A stretch of DNA of 64,000 nt from Bacteroidetes bacterium HGW-Bacteroidetes-17 (GTDB lineage: Bacteria > Bacteroidota > Bacteroidia > Bacteroidales > GCA-2711565): contig PHDM01000002.1 of NCBI GenBank assembly GCA_002840985.1, forward strand, positions 3,662-67,661, written 5' to 3'. This document shows positions 27,277 to 37,632 of this stretch, one piece after another; the first letter of the stretch is position 1, and the number at the start of each line of letters is the position of its first letter. Position numbers and translations under genes: made by a program. Under the pieces are notes generated by a model, which saw nothing but the letters and a program-made list of their open reading frames with translations, made no database searches and was not told where the DNA came from.

Positions 27277-28893
27277 ATGCAAAAGTTATTATTATTGGGA
27301 GATGAGGCCATTGCTCAGGGAGCTATTGATGCTGGTATTTCCGGGATTTATGCATATCCAGGGACGCCTTCAACAGAGATCACAGAGTTTGTTCAAAAAT
27401 CGAAAGAGGCAAAAGAAAAGGGAATTCGATCAAATTGGTCGGCCAATGAAAAAACCGCTATGGAATCAGCTTTGGGCATGTCGTATGCCGGAAAACGGGC
27501 CATGGTTTGCATGAAGCATGTTGGATTAAATGTGGCAGCCGATTCTTTTATAAATTCTGCGATTACAGGTGCAAATGGAGGTTTAATCATTGTTTCGGCC
27601 GACGATCCGTCCATGCATTCTTCACAAAATGAACAAGATTCCCGTTTCTACGGTGATTTTGCTTTCATGCCGATTTTAGAGCCATCAAATCAACAAGAAG
27701 CCTATGATATGGTCAGATATGGGTTTGATTTATCTGAAAAAATGCGTATTCCGGTACTTTACAGGATTACGACCCGTTTGGCCCATTCTAGGGCAGGAGT
27801 CATCCGAACTCAAAACAGGGAGCAAAATCAACTTAAACTGCCCGATAATTTAAAGCAGTTCATCTTATTGCCCGCGATAGCCCGAAAACAATATAAAGAA
27901 TTACTGGCCAAACAAGCAGATTTAAAGGCAGAAGCAAGCAATTCAGGGTTTAATACCTATATTAATGGAGCGGATAAAAAACTGGGAATTATTACCTGTG
28001 GAATTGCCTATAATTATTTGATGGAAAATTTTCAGGGAATGGAAATTCCTCATCCAATCCTAAAAATAGGACAATATCCTATTCCTGCGGAAATGGTTGA
28101 AAAATTGTACGATACTTGCGATGAACTGTTAATTCTGGAAGATGGTTATCCATTGGTTGAACAGTCCATTAAAGGATTGCTTAATAAGGGTAAAAAAATT
28201 AAGGGAAGATTAGACGGGACCATTCCACGCGATGGAGAGTTGAATCCCAATATTGTTGCTGTTGGTTTAGGAAAAGATGATACCAAAGGTGAAAATATCC
28301 CTGACTTTGTAGCCGGGAGACCACCCTCACTTTGTAAAGGTTGCGGTCATAATGATGCTTTTTTGGCAGTAAATGAAGCTCTTTTAAAATACTCAAAAGG
28401 AAGGGTTTTTTCGGATATCGGTTGTTATACTTTGAGTGCGCTCAGGCCACTTGAATCTATCAATTCATGTGTCGATATGGGAGCCTCAATTACAATGGCA
28501 ATGGGAGCTGCTGAAGCAGGTCTGATTCCTGCGGTTGCAGCAATTGGCGATTCTACTTTTACTCATTCTGGAATGACAGGATTACTTGATGCCGTCAACA
28601 ATAATTCTCCTATTACTGTTTTAATTCTGGATAACTCAACTACCGGAATGACTGGCGGGCAAAAATCATCTGCACTGGGTAAAATAGAAGCAATTTGTAT
28701 TGCTTTAGGTGTTGAGGAAGATCACATCCGGGTACTCAAACCATTGCCAAAACAACACGAAGAAAATGTTAAAGCAATTGCTGAAGAATTAGAGTATAAG
28801 GGAGTTTCGGTTATCATCCCACGCAGGGAGTGCATACAAACCCTTAATAAAAGAATGCGACAAAAGCATAATGTAAAAAATCTGGAAGTATAA
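27277..28893 (+). CDS. iorA: Indolepyruvate:ferredoxin oxidoreductase alpha subunit
   Basis: 538 aa. N-terminal LLGDEAIAQGAIDAG...AYPGTPSTEI, CKGCGH, and TPP motif GDSTFTHSG. Followed by the beta subunit. Confidence 0.85.
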   Translation: MQKLLLLGDEAIAQGAIDAGISGIYAYPGTPSTEITEFVQKSKEAKEKGIRSNWSANEKTAMESALGMSYAGKRAMVCMKHVGLNVAADSFINSAITGANGGLIIVSADDPSMHSSQNEQDSRFYGDFAFMPILEPSNQQEAYDMVRYGFDLSEKMRIPVLYRITTRLAHSRAGVIRTQNREQNQLKLPDNLKQFILLPAIARKQYKELLAKQADLKAEASNSGFNTYINGADKKLGIITCGIAYNYLMENFQGMEIPHPILKIGQYPIPAEMVEKLYDTCDELLILEDGYPLVEQSIKGLLNKGKKIKGRLDGTIPRDGELNPNIVAVGLGKDDTKGENIPDFVAGRPPSLCKGCGHNDAFLAVNEALLKYSKGRVFSDIGCYTLSALRPLESINSCVDMGASITMAMGAAEAGLIPAVAAIGDSTFTHSGMTGLLDAVNNNSPITVLILDNSTTGMTGGQKSSALGKIEAICIALGVEEDHIRVLKPLPKQHEENVKAIAEELEYKGVSVIIPRRECIQTLNKRMRQKHNVKNLEV

Positions 28894-28916
28894 ATTAGAA
28901 CAACAATAATATAAAG

Positions 28917-29498
28917 ATGAAAAAGGATATCATACTTGCAGGAGTTGGAGGACAAGGAATACTATCTATTGCTGCAACTATTGGAACAGCGGCTATCGAT
29001 TTAGATCTTCAATTAAAACAAGCAGAAGTTCACGGAATGAGTCAAAGGGGAGGGGATGTACAATCTCACCTTCGATTATCATCAAACCCTATTGCTTCTG
29101 ATTTAATTCCGCAAGGCAAAGCAGATCTGATTATTTCTATTGAGCCCATGGAATCGTTGAGATATCTGCCTATGCTATCAAAAGATGGTTGGATAATCGC
29201 GAATACCCAACCCTTTATAAATATTCCAAATTACCCTGATCTGGAACAAATCATCGAAAAAATTAAATCAATACCAAATCATATTGCCATTAATGCAGAT
29301 GAAATAGCCAAAGAAATTGGTTCTGAACGTTCAGCAAATATGGTAATTCTGGGTGCTAGCGCTCCCTTTCTGGATATTGAAATCGGTAGCCTTGAAAAGG
29401 CCATTCAAACCATTTTCGGTAGCAAAGGAGAAGATGTTGTGGCACTCAATCTTAAAGCATTCAGGGCAGGCTTGAATTTTTCTTTGAGCAATAAATAA
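28917..29498 (+). CDS. iorB: Indolepyruvate:ferredoxin oxidoreductase beta subunit
   Basis: 193 aa. AGVGGQGILS ... HGMSQRGG motifs of the 2-oxoacid:ferredoxin oxidoreductase gamma-like domain. Confidence 0.85.
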   Translation: MKKDIILAGVGGQGILSIAATIGTAAIDLDLQLKQAEVHGMSQRGGDVQSHLRLSSNPIASDLIPQGKADLIISIEPMESLRYLPMLSKDGWIIANTQPFINIPNYPDLEQIIEKIKSIPNHIAINADEIAKEIGSERSANMVILGASAPFLDIEIGSLEKAIQTIFGSKGEDVVALNLKAFRAGLNFSLSNK

Positions 29499-29544
29499 GT
29501 ATCGGTCGTAGCATTAATCCAAAAATTGTACTTTAGCTTTTTTA

Positions 29545-30066
29545 ATGCTAAATTTTATTGCTATGCGGATTCAGCTTATTCTAATAATTGTAATATTCTC
29601 AGGCTCCCTTCTTGCTCAGGAGATTAAGCCAAAGGATAAAAGCTCCAATAATATTAATGCCATTAATAATGTCATGGATCAATGGCATAAAGCTGCTACT
29701 AATGCCGATTTTGAGGCGTTCTTTGCATACATGGATGAAGATGGGTATTATATTGGGACGGATGAATCGGAGAAATGGACCATTAAAGAATTTAAAGCTT
29801 TTTGTAAGCCCTATTTTGATCGTGGTTCAGCATGGGATTTTAAGCCTTTTGATAGAGGGGTTTACTTTAATAAGCAAAAAAATATCGCCTGGATTGACGA
29901 AAAACTGGATACCTGGATGGGCGTTTGTCGTTCGTCTGGCGTCCTTTTAAAAACCAAAGATGGTTGGAAAATTAAGCATTATCAATTATCGGTTACGGTT
30001 CCGAACGATATCGTGCAGGATTTTATCCAACTTGTTAATCAGCATAAAACTAAACAGACTAAATAG
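29545..30066 (+). CDS. Secreted NTF2/SnoaL-like fold protein (hypothetical)
   Basis: 173 aa. Signal peptide from the internal ATG at 29563 (MRIQLILIIVIFSGSLLAQE). Size and pattern fit a SnoaL-like domain. Weak call. Confidence 0.4.
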   Translation: MLNFIAMRIQLILIIVIFSGSLLAQEIKPKDKSSNNINAINNVMDQWHKAATNADFEAFFAYMDEDGYYIGTDESEKWTIKEFKAFCKPYFDRGSAWDFKPFDRGVYFNKQKNIAWIDEKLDTWMGVCRSSGVLLKTKDGWKIKHYQLSVTVPNDIVQDFIQLVNQHKTKQTK

Positions 30067-30074
30067 TTAGCTTA

Positions 30075-31343
30075 ATGAATAAAAGACTTAAAGAGGTTAT
30101 CATATTAATTGTTGCAGGATTAGCCATCATAATTAGCGTTCATTTTTGGCAGAGAAATAAAGAGCCAGAGTTGCAATATGAAGAATTTCCAATAGTTTAT
30201 GAACCTACCATAAAATATGGCATCGTCATCGACTCATTCGAGGTAGTAAAAGATCAGATTAAGAGAAATGAATTTCTGTCGGACATACTTCTATCATACA
30301 ATGTTGATTATTCAAAAATTGATTTGGCCGTAAAAATGGCAAGGCCTGTTTTTGATGTTCGTCGAATTCGAGCCGGTCATCATTATTCAGTTTTTTTAAG
30401 CAGCGATTCAATACAAACTGTGCAGTATTTTATTTATGAAAATAGCCCAACCTCATATATTGTATTTGATTTGCGCGACACTGTTCATGTTCATGCTGGT
30501 GAAAAAGAGGTACAAACGCGGATTAGTGAAATTGAAGGCAAAATTACATCTTCACTTTGGAATTCACTGATTGAAAATAATGGCGATCCGAATTTGGCCA
30601 ACGAACTTTCAGAAATTTATGCATGGACGATCGATTTTTTTGGCATTCAAAAGGGCGATTATTATAAAGTGATTTATGAAGAACTTTACGTAGACAATAA
30701 AAAAGTAGGATTAGGGAATGTGCAGGCTTCACTTTTTAATCATATGAAAAATGATCATTATGCATTCTATTTTATCCAGGATAGTATTGGTGATTATTTT
30801 GACGAAAATGGTGGGAGTTTAAGACGGGCATTCCTAAAGGCTCCACTGAAATTTAAACGGATCAGTTCAAGATTCTCCAATAGTCGCTTACATCCTATTT
30901 TGAAGATAAGAAGAGCACATCATGGCGTGGATTATGCCGCGCCAAACGGAACACCGGTTCAATCAATTGGAGATGGTGTAGTTGTGGAAATGAAAAGGAC
31001 CCGTGAAGGGGGAAATCAATTAAAAATAAAGCATAATGGTACTTATACTACTGCTTACCTTCACCTTTCGGGATATGCAAAAGGAATAAAAGTGGGTAAA
31101 AAGGTCAGGCAGGGTGAACTTGTTGCATACGTGGGGAGGACAGGTTTGGCGAGTGGCCCACACCTTGATTTTCGTTTTTATCGAAACGGAAATGCCATCG
31201 ATCCCCTTAAGGTTGAATCACCACCGGTTAATCCTGTTGATCCTCTTAATCTTGAAAGTTTTAAGCAATTGGTAAATAGTTACAAAGAATTGCTATTAAA
31301 GAATCATGATCAACCCGAACTGGAATACCCAAATGTTAAATAA
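30075..31343 (+). CDS. M23 family metallopeptidase
   Basis: 422 aa. N-terminal TM; HHGVDYAAPNGTPV ... GPHLDFR are the LytM/M23 zinc motifs. Confidence 0.88.
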   Translation: MNKRLKEVIILIVAGLAIIISVHFWQRNKEPELQYEEFPIVYEPTIKYGIVIDSFEVVKDQIKRNEFLSDILLSYNVDYSKIDLAVKMARPVFDVRRIRAGHHYSVFLSSDSIQTVQYFIYENSPTSYIVFDLRDTVHVHAGEKEVQTRISEIEGKITSSLWNSLIENNGDPNLANELSEIYAWTIDFFGIQKGDYYKVIYEELYVDNKKVGLGNVQASLFNHMKNDHYAFYFIQDSIGDYFDENGGSLRRAFLKAPLKFKRISSRFSNSRLHPILKIRRAHHGVDYAAPNGTPVQSIGDGVVVEMKRTREGGNQLKIKHNGTYTTAYLHLSGYAKGIKVGKKVRQGELVAYVGRTGLASGPHLDFRFYRNGNAIDPLKVESPPVNPVDPLNLESFKQLVNSYKELLLKNHDQPELEYPNVK

Positions 31344-31575
31344 CCTCAGTTCGATCTAGGCATTTCTCATGAAACCGGTTCATTATGTCTGAAATTTAGC
31401 CTTTTGAACTAATAAGACGTTAGATTTTAGAAGTTAAACTATGGATTAAAACATTTTGGGTCTTAAGTCTGGAATCTAATTTCTAACATCTAAAGTCTTA
31501 TATCTTAATTTATTAACACGCTTATGGCATAAGAAGTCTGGATAATGTTTTCTTGTATTGTACTCACGTTAAATA
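31336..31575 (+). repeat. Family B intergenic repeat, full-length copy B (central hairpin at 31413-31500)
   Basis: Aligns with the reverse complement of 19766-19993 and with the 5' halves at 32541-32656 and 54108-54243. Starts TTAAATAACCTCAGTTCGATCTAGG, overlapping the M23 stop codon. Confidence 0.85.
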
Positions 31576-31831
31576 ATACAGATTGCCTTTCAAATTTTCC
31601 CAAATTAAAGTAGAATAAGAAGGAAATTGGCATAGCTCTATTAATAATTTCCTTAACTTTACATATGCTTACTTGCTAGATTATTATAAACCTATTTATT
31701 TTTATTGTTATGAAATGGCCATAAGAAGTAAAAGTTCTCACAAATCAAGAATGATTATTTCATGGAGTATTCTCCCGATTAATCGGGACAAGCTATGTGA
31801 CCGATTTAATGAATTATAAAAAAATAAACAC

Positions 31832-32548
31832 ATGAAAAAAAGTATTAAAAAAGCATTGGTTCAAATTGTATTGAGTATCTCATTTATATTGATTGCTGTG
31901 ACCACTTACGGGCAGAGGGTTATGATGGAGCATCGATCTTTTGATGATTTTCTGACTAATCAGGAAAAAAGTTTATTACAACGTTCAATTTTGAAAGTGA
32001 GTGATATTGAGGGATCGCCATATCTGGATAAAACGTTTGTAAAGGGAAGTGTTATTACCCGTGACAGTTTACAATACCAAAACGTTCCATTACGATATAA
32101 TATTTATAATGATGAATTTGAATTTAAGGTGAATGAAGAAAAGTATCTTGTAATTTCAGAGCCTTCATCAATATTAAAAATTAGTATCGAAGATGCTGCT
32201 TTTATTTATTTAAAAAAGGATAATAAATATGGATATTATCAGTTGCTCAATGATGATAAAATAAAGTTATTATTACGTTATAATGTTAAATTCCGACAAG
32301 CTAATGTGTCAAATGGGATAAATCAGGCAAGGCCCCCTAAATTTAATAGAGGGAGTGATACTTATTATATTCAAATTGGATATAATGAGCCACAACAAAT
32401 TAAAAATAAGAAAGACATTGATCTCATTTTTGGTTCCAAGGATAATACAATTAAAGAGCTTATCAAAAAGGAGAGGATAGATATTCGTAAAGAAAGTGAT
32501 TTGCTTAAGTTTGTTAAGCTGCTAAATACTTCTGATTTGATTAAATAA
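31832..32548 (+). CDS. Secreted hypothetical protein (paralog of 38313-39023)
   Basis: 238 aa with a signal peptide. Shares blocks with 38313-39023: G-x-P-[YF]-L, LRYNI..D.FE, GY[YF]QL, and a C-terminal K-x-E-x-D helix. Confidence 0.6.
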   Translation: MKKSIKKALVQIVLSISFILIAVTTYGQRVMMEHRSFDDFLTNQEKSLLQRSILKVSDIEGSPYLDKTFVKGSVITRDSLQYQNVPLRYNIYNDEFEFKVNEEKYLVISEPSSILKISIEDAAFIYLKKDNKYGYYQLLNDDKIKLLLRYNVKFRQANVSNGINQARPPKFNRGSDTYYIQIGYNEPQQIKNKKDIDLIFGSKDNTIKELIKKERIDIRKESDLLKFVKLLNTSDLIK

Positions 32549-32656
32549 CCTAAGTTCGATCTAAGCATTTCTCATAAAACTGTTTCAGTATGTCCGACAT
32601 TTAGACTTTTGAGCTAATAAGACGTTAGATATTAGAAGTTAGACTATGGATTAAAA
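32541..32656 (+). repeat. Family B repeat, truncated copy C (left half only)
   Basis: TTAAATAACCTAAGTTCGATCTAAGCATTTCTCAT...AATAAGACGTTAGATATTAGAAGTTAGACTATGGATTAAAA. Overlaps the stop of CDS 31832-32548. Confidence 0.8.
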
Positions 32657-32832
32657 AATTGAAATCTGTAAGAAGAAACAATACTCAAATAACAAATAAT
32701 AATCAAAAATCAAATCTCAAATACCAATCCCGACTGAAAGACACGGTCGGGTAGGCAAAAAACAATTTGAAAATTGATCTGCCCAGGCGGTTGGAATTTA
32801 AACTCTATTATTTGATAAATACATACAAAAAG

Positions 32833-32870
32833 AAAAGCTCAAGGCAATTTGCCCTGAGCTTTTCTTTTTG
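32833..32870. terminator. Bidirectional Rho-independent terminator between convergent genes
   Basis: AAAAGCTCAAGGC / GCCCTGAGCTTTT stem (one mismatch), with A-run and T-run on either side. Lies between the stops at 32548 (+) and 32889 (-). Confidence 0.75.
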
Positions 32871-32888
32871 TAATATAAACTTACAGAT

Positions 32889-34343
32889 CTAGTTTACACC
32901 AGTACGTTTATCCCAGAATAATTGTTTTCCCCAATAGTAGTCAACAATTCCAGCTGCTGCTGGTGCAATGCTGGCACCATTTAAGGTAAATTCATTATTA
33001 GGATAAGGCTCCCGGAATGGTTGTCGGTTATGACCTGAGAACACTGAACCAATAGCTGCAGGCATTACAGGAAAATCTGTTCTGCGGTTTTCGGCCCATA
33101 ATTCTTGACCTTGTTTGAATAAGGCAATCCATTTTTGTAACCAGATTTTGGTTTTATTATTATAAACAGTATTGTTATCCCAGGCAACTTCTGCTTTAGT
33201 CATATAAGCTGCTAAAGAAGAGGTCATTCCGGTTTCTTCAAAACTAGCTGCTACTCCTGACTCATAAGCTGCTTTTGCAGCACTTGCATTTCCAGCCAGT
33301 AAGTAAGCTTCTGCTTTGATAAACTCCTGTTCAGAAAAACGTAGGAAATATGAATATCCTGCATAATCGTTACGATATTTTGTTCCGATTCTGGAAATAT
33401 CATTTACGTTAAATGCATTGTTTGGTGCACCTTCTGGAGCGCCATTATAAATACCAGCACTAGTTTTCTCTGCATATACAGGAAGTCTTGGATCAGCTAA
33501 TGCCAACATCATATCAATAAAGGTCTTAGCCATACCATGATCATCTCGACCATCATTATCATTTGCCCATGGCTCTTTGTAAGGAGCAACACCAGGCCAG
33601 TGAAGTTTAGCTTCCTCAGAATTATCATTAAATAGAGGGTAGGTAGCCGGTGCAGCCAGGACCTTATTTAATTCAGCTACGTTCTGAGTTCTGATTGCTA
33701 ATCGTAAATGAAGTGCATTACAGAATTTTTGCCATTTATCAGCATCGTTACCATATAGAAAATCACCGGCACCTAATACATTAAGTGCAGAAGGAGGTGA
33801 ATTAAACAAAGTATTAGCGTACTCAAGTTTAGTCAACAAATCAGCATAAATAGCAGCAGCATCATCATAAGCTGGTGTTAAGTTAGCTTCAGTTTCAGCT
33901 GTAAGTGCTTCAGAATAAGGGATATCACCCCATTTATCAACAGCCTGTTGCCAGTTATAAACTGATAATGTTAATGCAGCAGCTTCAGCGTACTTATTTT
34001 CGGTTGCCTGAGCTTTTCCAATTACTTTTAATAAGTCTTGCTGAATATAATAGTAATTTCTAAAATCCGTTTCAAGTACACCTGGGCGGAAATTATATCT
34101 TGCTTCATCTATATAAGCAATTTTTGTTATATGCCCTGCATAGCTTAAACTACTATTCATTTGGTTCCAGGAATCGTAGAAAGATAATCCTGTAGTTGCA
34201 ATGGCATTAGCCAATAAGTTTGTCATTGGACCATCAGTAGGGTTATTGGGATCAGTGTTCATTTCCTCCCAATCCTTGGTGCAAGATGAGATAAAAATCA
34301 ACGCAGTTAGCACCAATGTTATGTTAAAATATTTTCTTTTCAT
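32889..34343 (-). CDS. SusD/RagB family nutrient-binding outer-membrane lipoprotein
   Basis: 484 aa. Lipoprotein signal (LIFISSCTKDW), TPR-like SusD pattern. Immediately downstream of SusC. Confidence 0.88.
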   Translation of the reverse strand: MKRKYFNITLVLTALIFISSCTKDWEEMNTDPNNPTDGPMTNLLANAIATTGLSFYDSWNQMNSSLSYAGHITKIAYIDEARYNFRPGVLETDFRNYYYIQQDLLKVIGKAQATENKYAEAAALTLSVYNWQQAVDKWGDIPYSEALTAETEANLTPAYDDAAAIYADLLTKLEYANTLFNSPPSALNVLGAGDFLYGNDADKWQKFCNALHLRLAIRTQNVAELNKVLAAPATYPLFNDNSEEAKLHWPGVAPYKEPWANDNDGRDDHGMAKTFIDMMLALADPRLPVYAEKTSAGIYNGAPEGAPNNAFNVNDISRIGTKYRNDYAGYSYFLRFSEQEFIKAEAYLLAGNASAAKAAYESGVAASFEETGMTSSLAAYMTKAEVAWDNNTVYNNKTKIWLQKWIALFKQGQELWAENRRTDFPVMPAAIGSVFSGHNRQPFREPYPNNEFTLNGASIAPAAAGIVDYYWGKQLFWDKRTGVN

Positions 34344-34374
34344 AATTTGAATTTTAAATGTTAGTGGTCAAAAA

Positions 34375-37300
34375 TTAAAAAGTTGCTACAATTTTAAACC
34401 CGATTGTACGTGAAGTCGGTAATTGGTTTGACTCCTGACCTATACCAGATGTATCTACTCCAAATCCTGTTTCTGGATCAATTACACAAGTGTTAGATTT
34501 ATGTACCCATAATAAGGCTAAGTTTCGAGCGTAGGCAGAAAGGCTGATTTTTTGAATACCAGGAAGTTTGTTAACAAATTTTACAGGTAAATCATAACCT
34601 AATGATACCTCACGTAACTTAATAAAAGAACCATCTATAACACTGAATTCATGTAATTTGTACATGTTTGCATAAAAATCATTTGCAGAAAGCCTGATGT
34701 CGTTTACACTTCCATCTTCTTTAACAAATTTCTCATCAGTCATCACATTTTGACCGGCAATAACTCCATCCTCACGAATAGTTCCTTGTGCAGTTTCGGC
34801 GAGAACACCTGATAGTACACCAAACATTTTTGTAACAGAGAATATATCACCACCTTTACGACCATCAACCAACACATATAAATTCACTCCTTTATAACTG
34901 AGCATATTTGAAACACCCCAGTTAAAGTCGGCAGAAATATTACCTATCACCTGATCAGTTCCGGTTCTTTCAGGGAATCCATCATCATCAACGATAATGG
35001 CACCATTGTCATCCCTTAAGAATTTTGCACCTACCATTTCACCATAAACTCCCCCAGGAATAGCCTGCACGGTCATTGACCATGAAGTACTAAGTTGATA
35101 TTTGTTTATACCAGGATATAACGAAACAACTGTGTTATCATTTTTAGCATATTTAACCTGCATGGTCCAGTTTAAGCCATCACCTTTTGATTTAATAATA
35201 TCACCGTATAAAGCTAACTCAATACCTTTGTTTTGAAGTTCACCTGCATTGATCCATTTTGAAGCAAAACCGGTTGCTGTTGAAACATCAATGGCCATGA
35301 TTTGATCAGAGGTGTTTTCTTTATAGTAAGTAAGGTCAAGGCCTAATCTGTTTTGGAAAAATTTAAGTTCCAAACCTGCTTCGATAGCTTTTTTCCTTTC
35401 AGGCCTTAAATCAGCATTGGCCAATGATCGCATAAAGCCATAACGGGTTGTTCCTGCCCAGGCACTACTGATAGCTGAATAATAGCCAGCCAATGTATAT
35501 GGATCGGCATCACCTCCAACTACAGCATAACTTGCACGAAGCTTTCCAAATGAAAGAAGATTAGGGTCAATTTTTACCAAGTCGGTGAAAATTAAACCAA
35601 ATGTTCCAGAATAATATGAATAACTATTATTCGTGGTTGGAAGTGTAGAACTCCAGTCATTACGGAAGGTAGCTCCTAAGAATAAAAAGTCTTTGTAGGA
35701 AGCATCTGCCTGAGCATAGATACTGTTAGTTTCTTTGTTCCTTGAATACATATCAGCAGAAGGGGTTCCTTTTACGTTGCTAATATCGAAAAAGTTAGGA
35801 ACAGTAAGTTCTGCAGCACTAATTGATTGGTAATTGTAATATTCACTTCGATAATTAGCTCCTATTAGTCCGGTGATTCTGATATCTTTTGAAAGCTCTT
35901 TATCAATGTTTAAAGTTAAATCAGCATTTTTTGAAAGGTCAATTCTTGTTGTTTGACTGAAATTACCACCATTCTTCTTGTTTTGGTTAGATTGGTTGTA
36001 AATAACTGATTTTCGGAAATCCGTTGAATAATCTGTACCTACCCTTAAGGCAACATTCATCCAATCCGTAATGTCATATTTGAAATCCACGTTACCAAAT
36101 AATCTGTCTTTGTCACGCGAATTTGTGTTTTTATAAACAGTCCAATAAGGATTATTATGATAGTAATATGACCAGGTATAAGGTTTACCAAAAGCATCGA
36201 GTTTGTCCCAATTTTCTTTCAATGGTTGAATATCAACCTGACGGCCAAACCAACTACCTAATGATTGAAGAATATTACCTGCGCTATAACCTTGAGCCGG
36301 AAGATTATCACTTACAGTTTTGATATAACTAGCAGAAGCATTCACACTGAATTTACTGTTCACCTTCATGGATGTGTTTACAGAAAAAGTATTCTTTTTT
36401 TGATCTGTATTAGGAATGATACCTGTTACATCATTATTTGTATAAGAAAATCGTGAAACTGATTTTTCAGATCCTGTAGTGATTGTCAAATTGTGAGTTT
36501 GATTGAAACCTGTTTCAAAGAAATCTTTAACATTATCAGGATGAGAAATCCAAGGAGTTGCAGTATAAACAGGGTTTCCATCTGCATCTAAAGTATAAGG
36601 AGAGTTAAATTGGTTGAATTTTAAACCTATATCAAGTCGAGGTCCCCAACTTTCGTCCCAACCGTCATTTACTCCACCCCAATTACCATCATAATAATTA
36701 AATGATTCGTTCTCAGCATATTCCTGATAAGATGAATAAACACCCGGGTGAGCTAATTGATACTGGTTGTAGGTATACTCATCCCCAGCAGTAGCTTGTC
36801 CATATTTGTTCTGATAGTCAGGTAATATTGATAATCGGTCTATCCCAATATCATAAGTGTATTGAACCCCAATACCTTTTTTAGAAATAGCACCTTTTTT
36901 TGTTGTTATAATAATAACTCCATTTAAAGCACGACTACCATAAATAGCAGCAGCAGCAGCACCTTTTAATACAGTCATTGACTCAACGTTATTAGGGTCA
37001 ATATCCATTGCTCCGTTACCATAATCGGCAGAACCAGAACCAACACCTGTAGCAGAGTTGTTCATTGGAGTTCCATCAACTACGAATAAAGGTTGGTTGT
37101 CAGTTCGCATGGAACTGTTACCACGGATATTGATACGAGCAGAAGCACCTACGGCTCCGGAAGCTGTAACAATTTGAACACCGGCCATTTTTCCGGATAA
37201 TGCGGAAATTACGTTTGTTGGTCTTGTGTGCATTAAATCGTCACCACTTACTTCATCAATAGAATATCCAAGTGTTTTCTTCTCCCGAGAAATACCGAGA

Positions 37301-37632
37301 GCAGTAACAACTACTTCATCCATAAGTACAACGTCAGGATCCATAACAACGTTTACTACGGTTGATGTCCCAATTGCAACATCTTTCGTAAGCATTCCAA
37401 CAAATTGGAATCGTAAAGTAGTGTACTCTGCATTTAAAGTTAGAGTATACTTACCATCAATATCAGTTGTTATACCAATTGTAGTACCAGGTACGATAAC
37501 AGTTACTCCTGGAATTGGCAAACCATCTTCAGCACTGGTAACAGTACCAGTAATTACTTTTGTTTGCGCATTAGCTACTCCTATGCTCATTAGAAAGAAT
37601 AAGCATGTTAGCCAAATTGTAAATTTTCTCAT
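34375..37632 (-). CDS. SusC/RagA family TonB-linked outer-membrane transporter
   Basis: 1085 aa. Signal peptide, CarboxypepD_reg-like domain (ITGTVTSAEDGLPIPGVTVIV), plug (VLKGAAAAAIYGSRALNGVIIITTKKG), C-terminal barrel ending in F. Confidence 0.93.
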   Translation of the reverse strand: MRKFTIWLTCLFFLMSIGVANAQTKVITGTVTSAEDGLPIPGVTVIVPGTTIGITTDIDGKYTLTLNAEYTTLRFQFVGMLTKDVAIGTSTVVNVVMDPDVVLMDEVVVTALGISREKKTLGYSIDEVSGDDLMHTRPTNVISALSGKMAGVQIVTASGAVGASARINIRGNSSMRTDNQPLFVVDGTPMNNSATGVGSGSADYGNGAMDIDPNNVESMTVLKGAAAAAIYGSRALNGVIIITTKKGAISKKGIGVQYTYDIGIDRLSILPDYQNKYGQATAGDEYTYNQYQLAHPGVYSSYQEYAENESFNYYDGNWGGVNDGWDESWGPRLDIGLKFNQFNSPYTLDADGNPVYTATPWISHPDNVKDFFETGFNQTHNLTITTGSEKSVSRFSYTNNDVTGIIPNTDQKKNTFSVNTSMKVNSKFSVNASASYIKTVSDNLPAQGYSAGNILQSLGSWFGRQVDIQPLKENWDKLDAFGKPYTWSYYYHNNPYWTVYKNTNSRDKDRLFGNVDFKYDITDWMNVALRVGTDYSTDFRKSVIYNQSNQNKKNGGNFSQTTRIDLSKNADLTLNIDKELSKDIRITGLIGANYRSEYYNYQSISAAELTVPNFFDISNVKGTPSADMYSRNKETNSIYAQADASYKDFLFLGATFRNDWSSTLPTTNNSYSYYSGTFGLIFTDLVKIDPNLLSFGKLRASYAVVGGDADPYTLAGYYSAISSAWAGTTRYGFMRSLANADLRPERKKAIEAGLELKFFQNRLGLDLTYYKENTSDQIMAIDVSTATGFASKWINAGELQNKGIELALYGDIIKSKGDGLNWTMQVKYAKNDNTVVSLYPGINKYQLSTSWSMTVQAIPGGVYGEMVGAKFLRDDNGAIIVDDDGFPERTGTDQVIGNISADFNWGVSNMLSYKGVNLYVLVDGRKGGDIFSVTKMFGVLSGVLAETAQGTIREDGVIAGQNVMTDEKFVKEDGSVNDIRLSANDFYANMYKLHEFSVIDGSFIKLREVSLGYDLPVKFVNKLPGIQKISLSAYARNLALLWVHKSNTCVIDPETGFGVDTSGIGQESNQLPTSRTIGFKIVATF

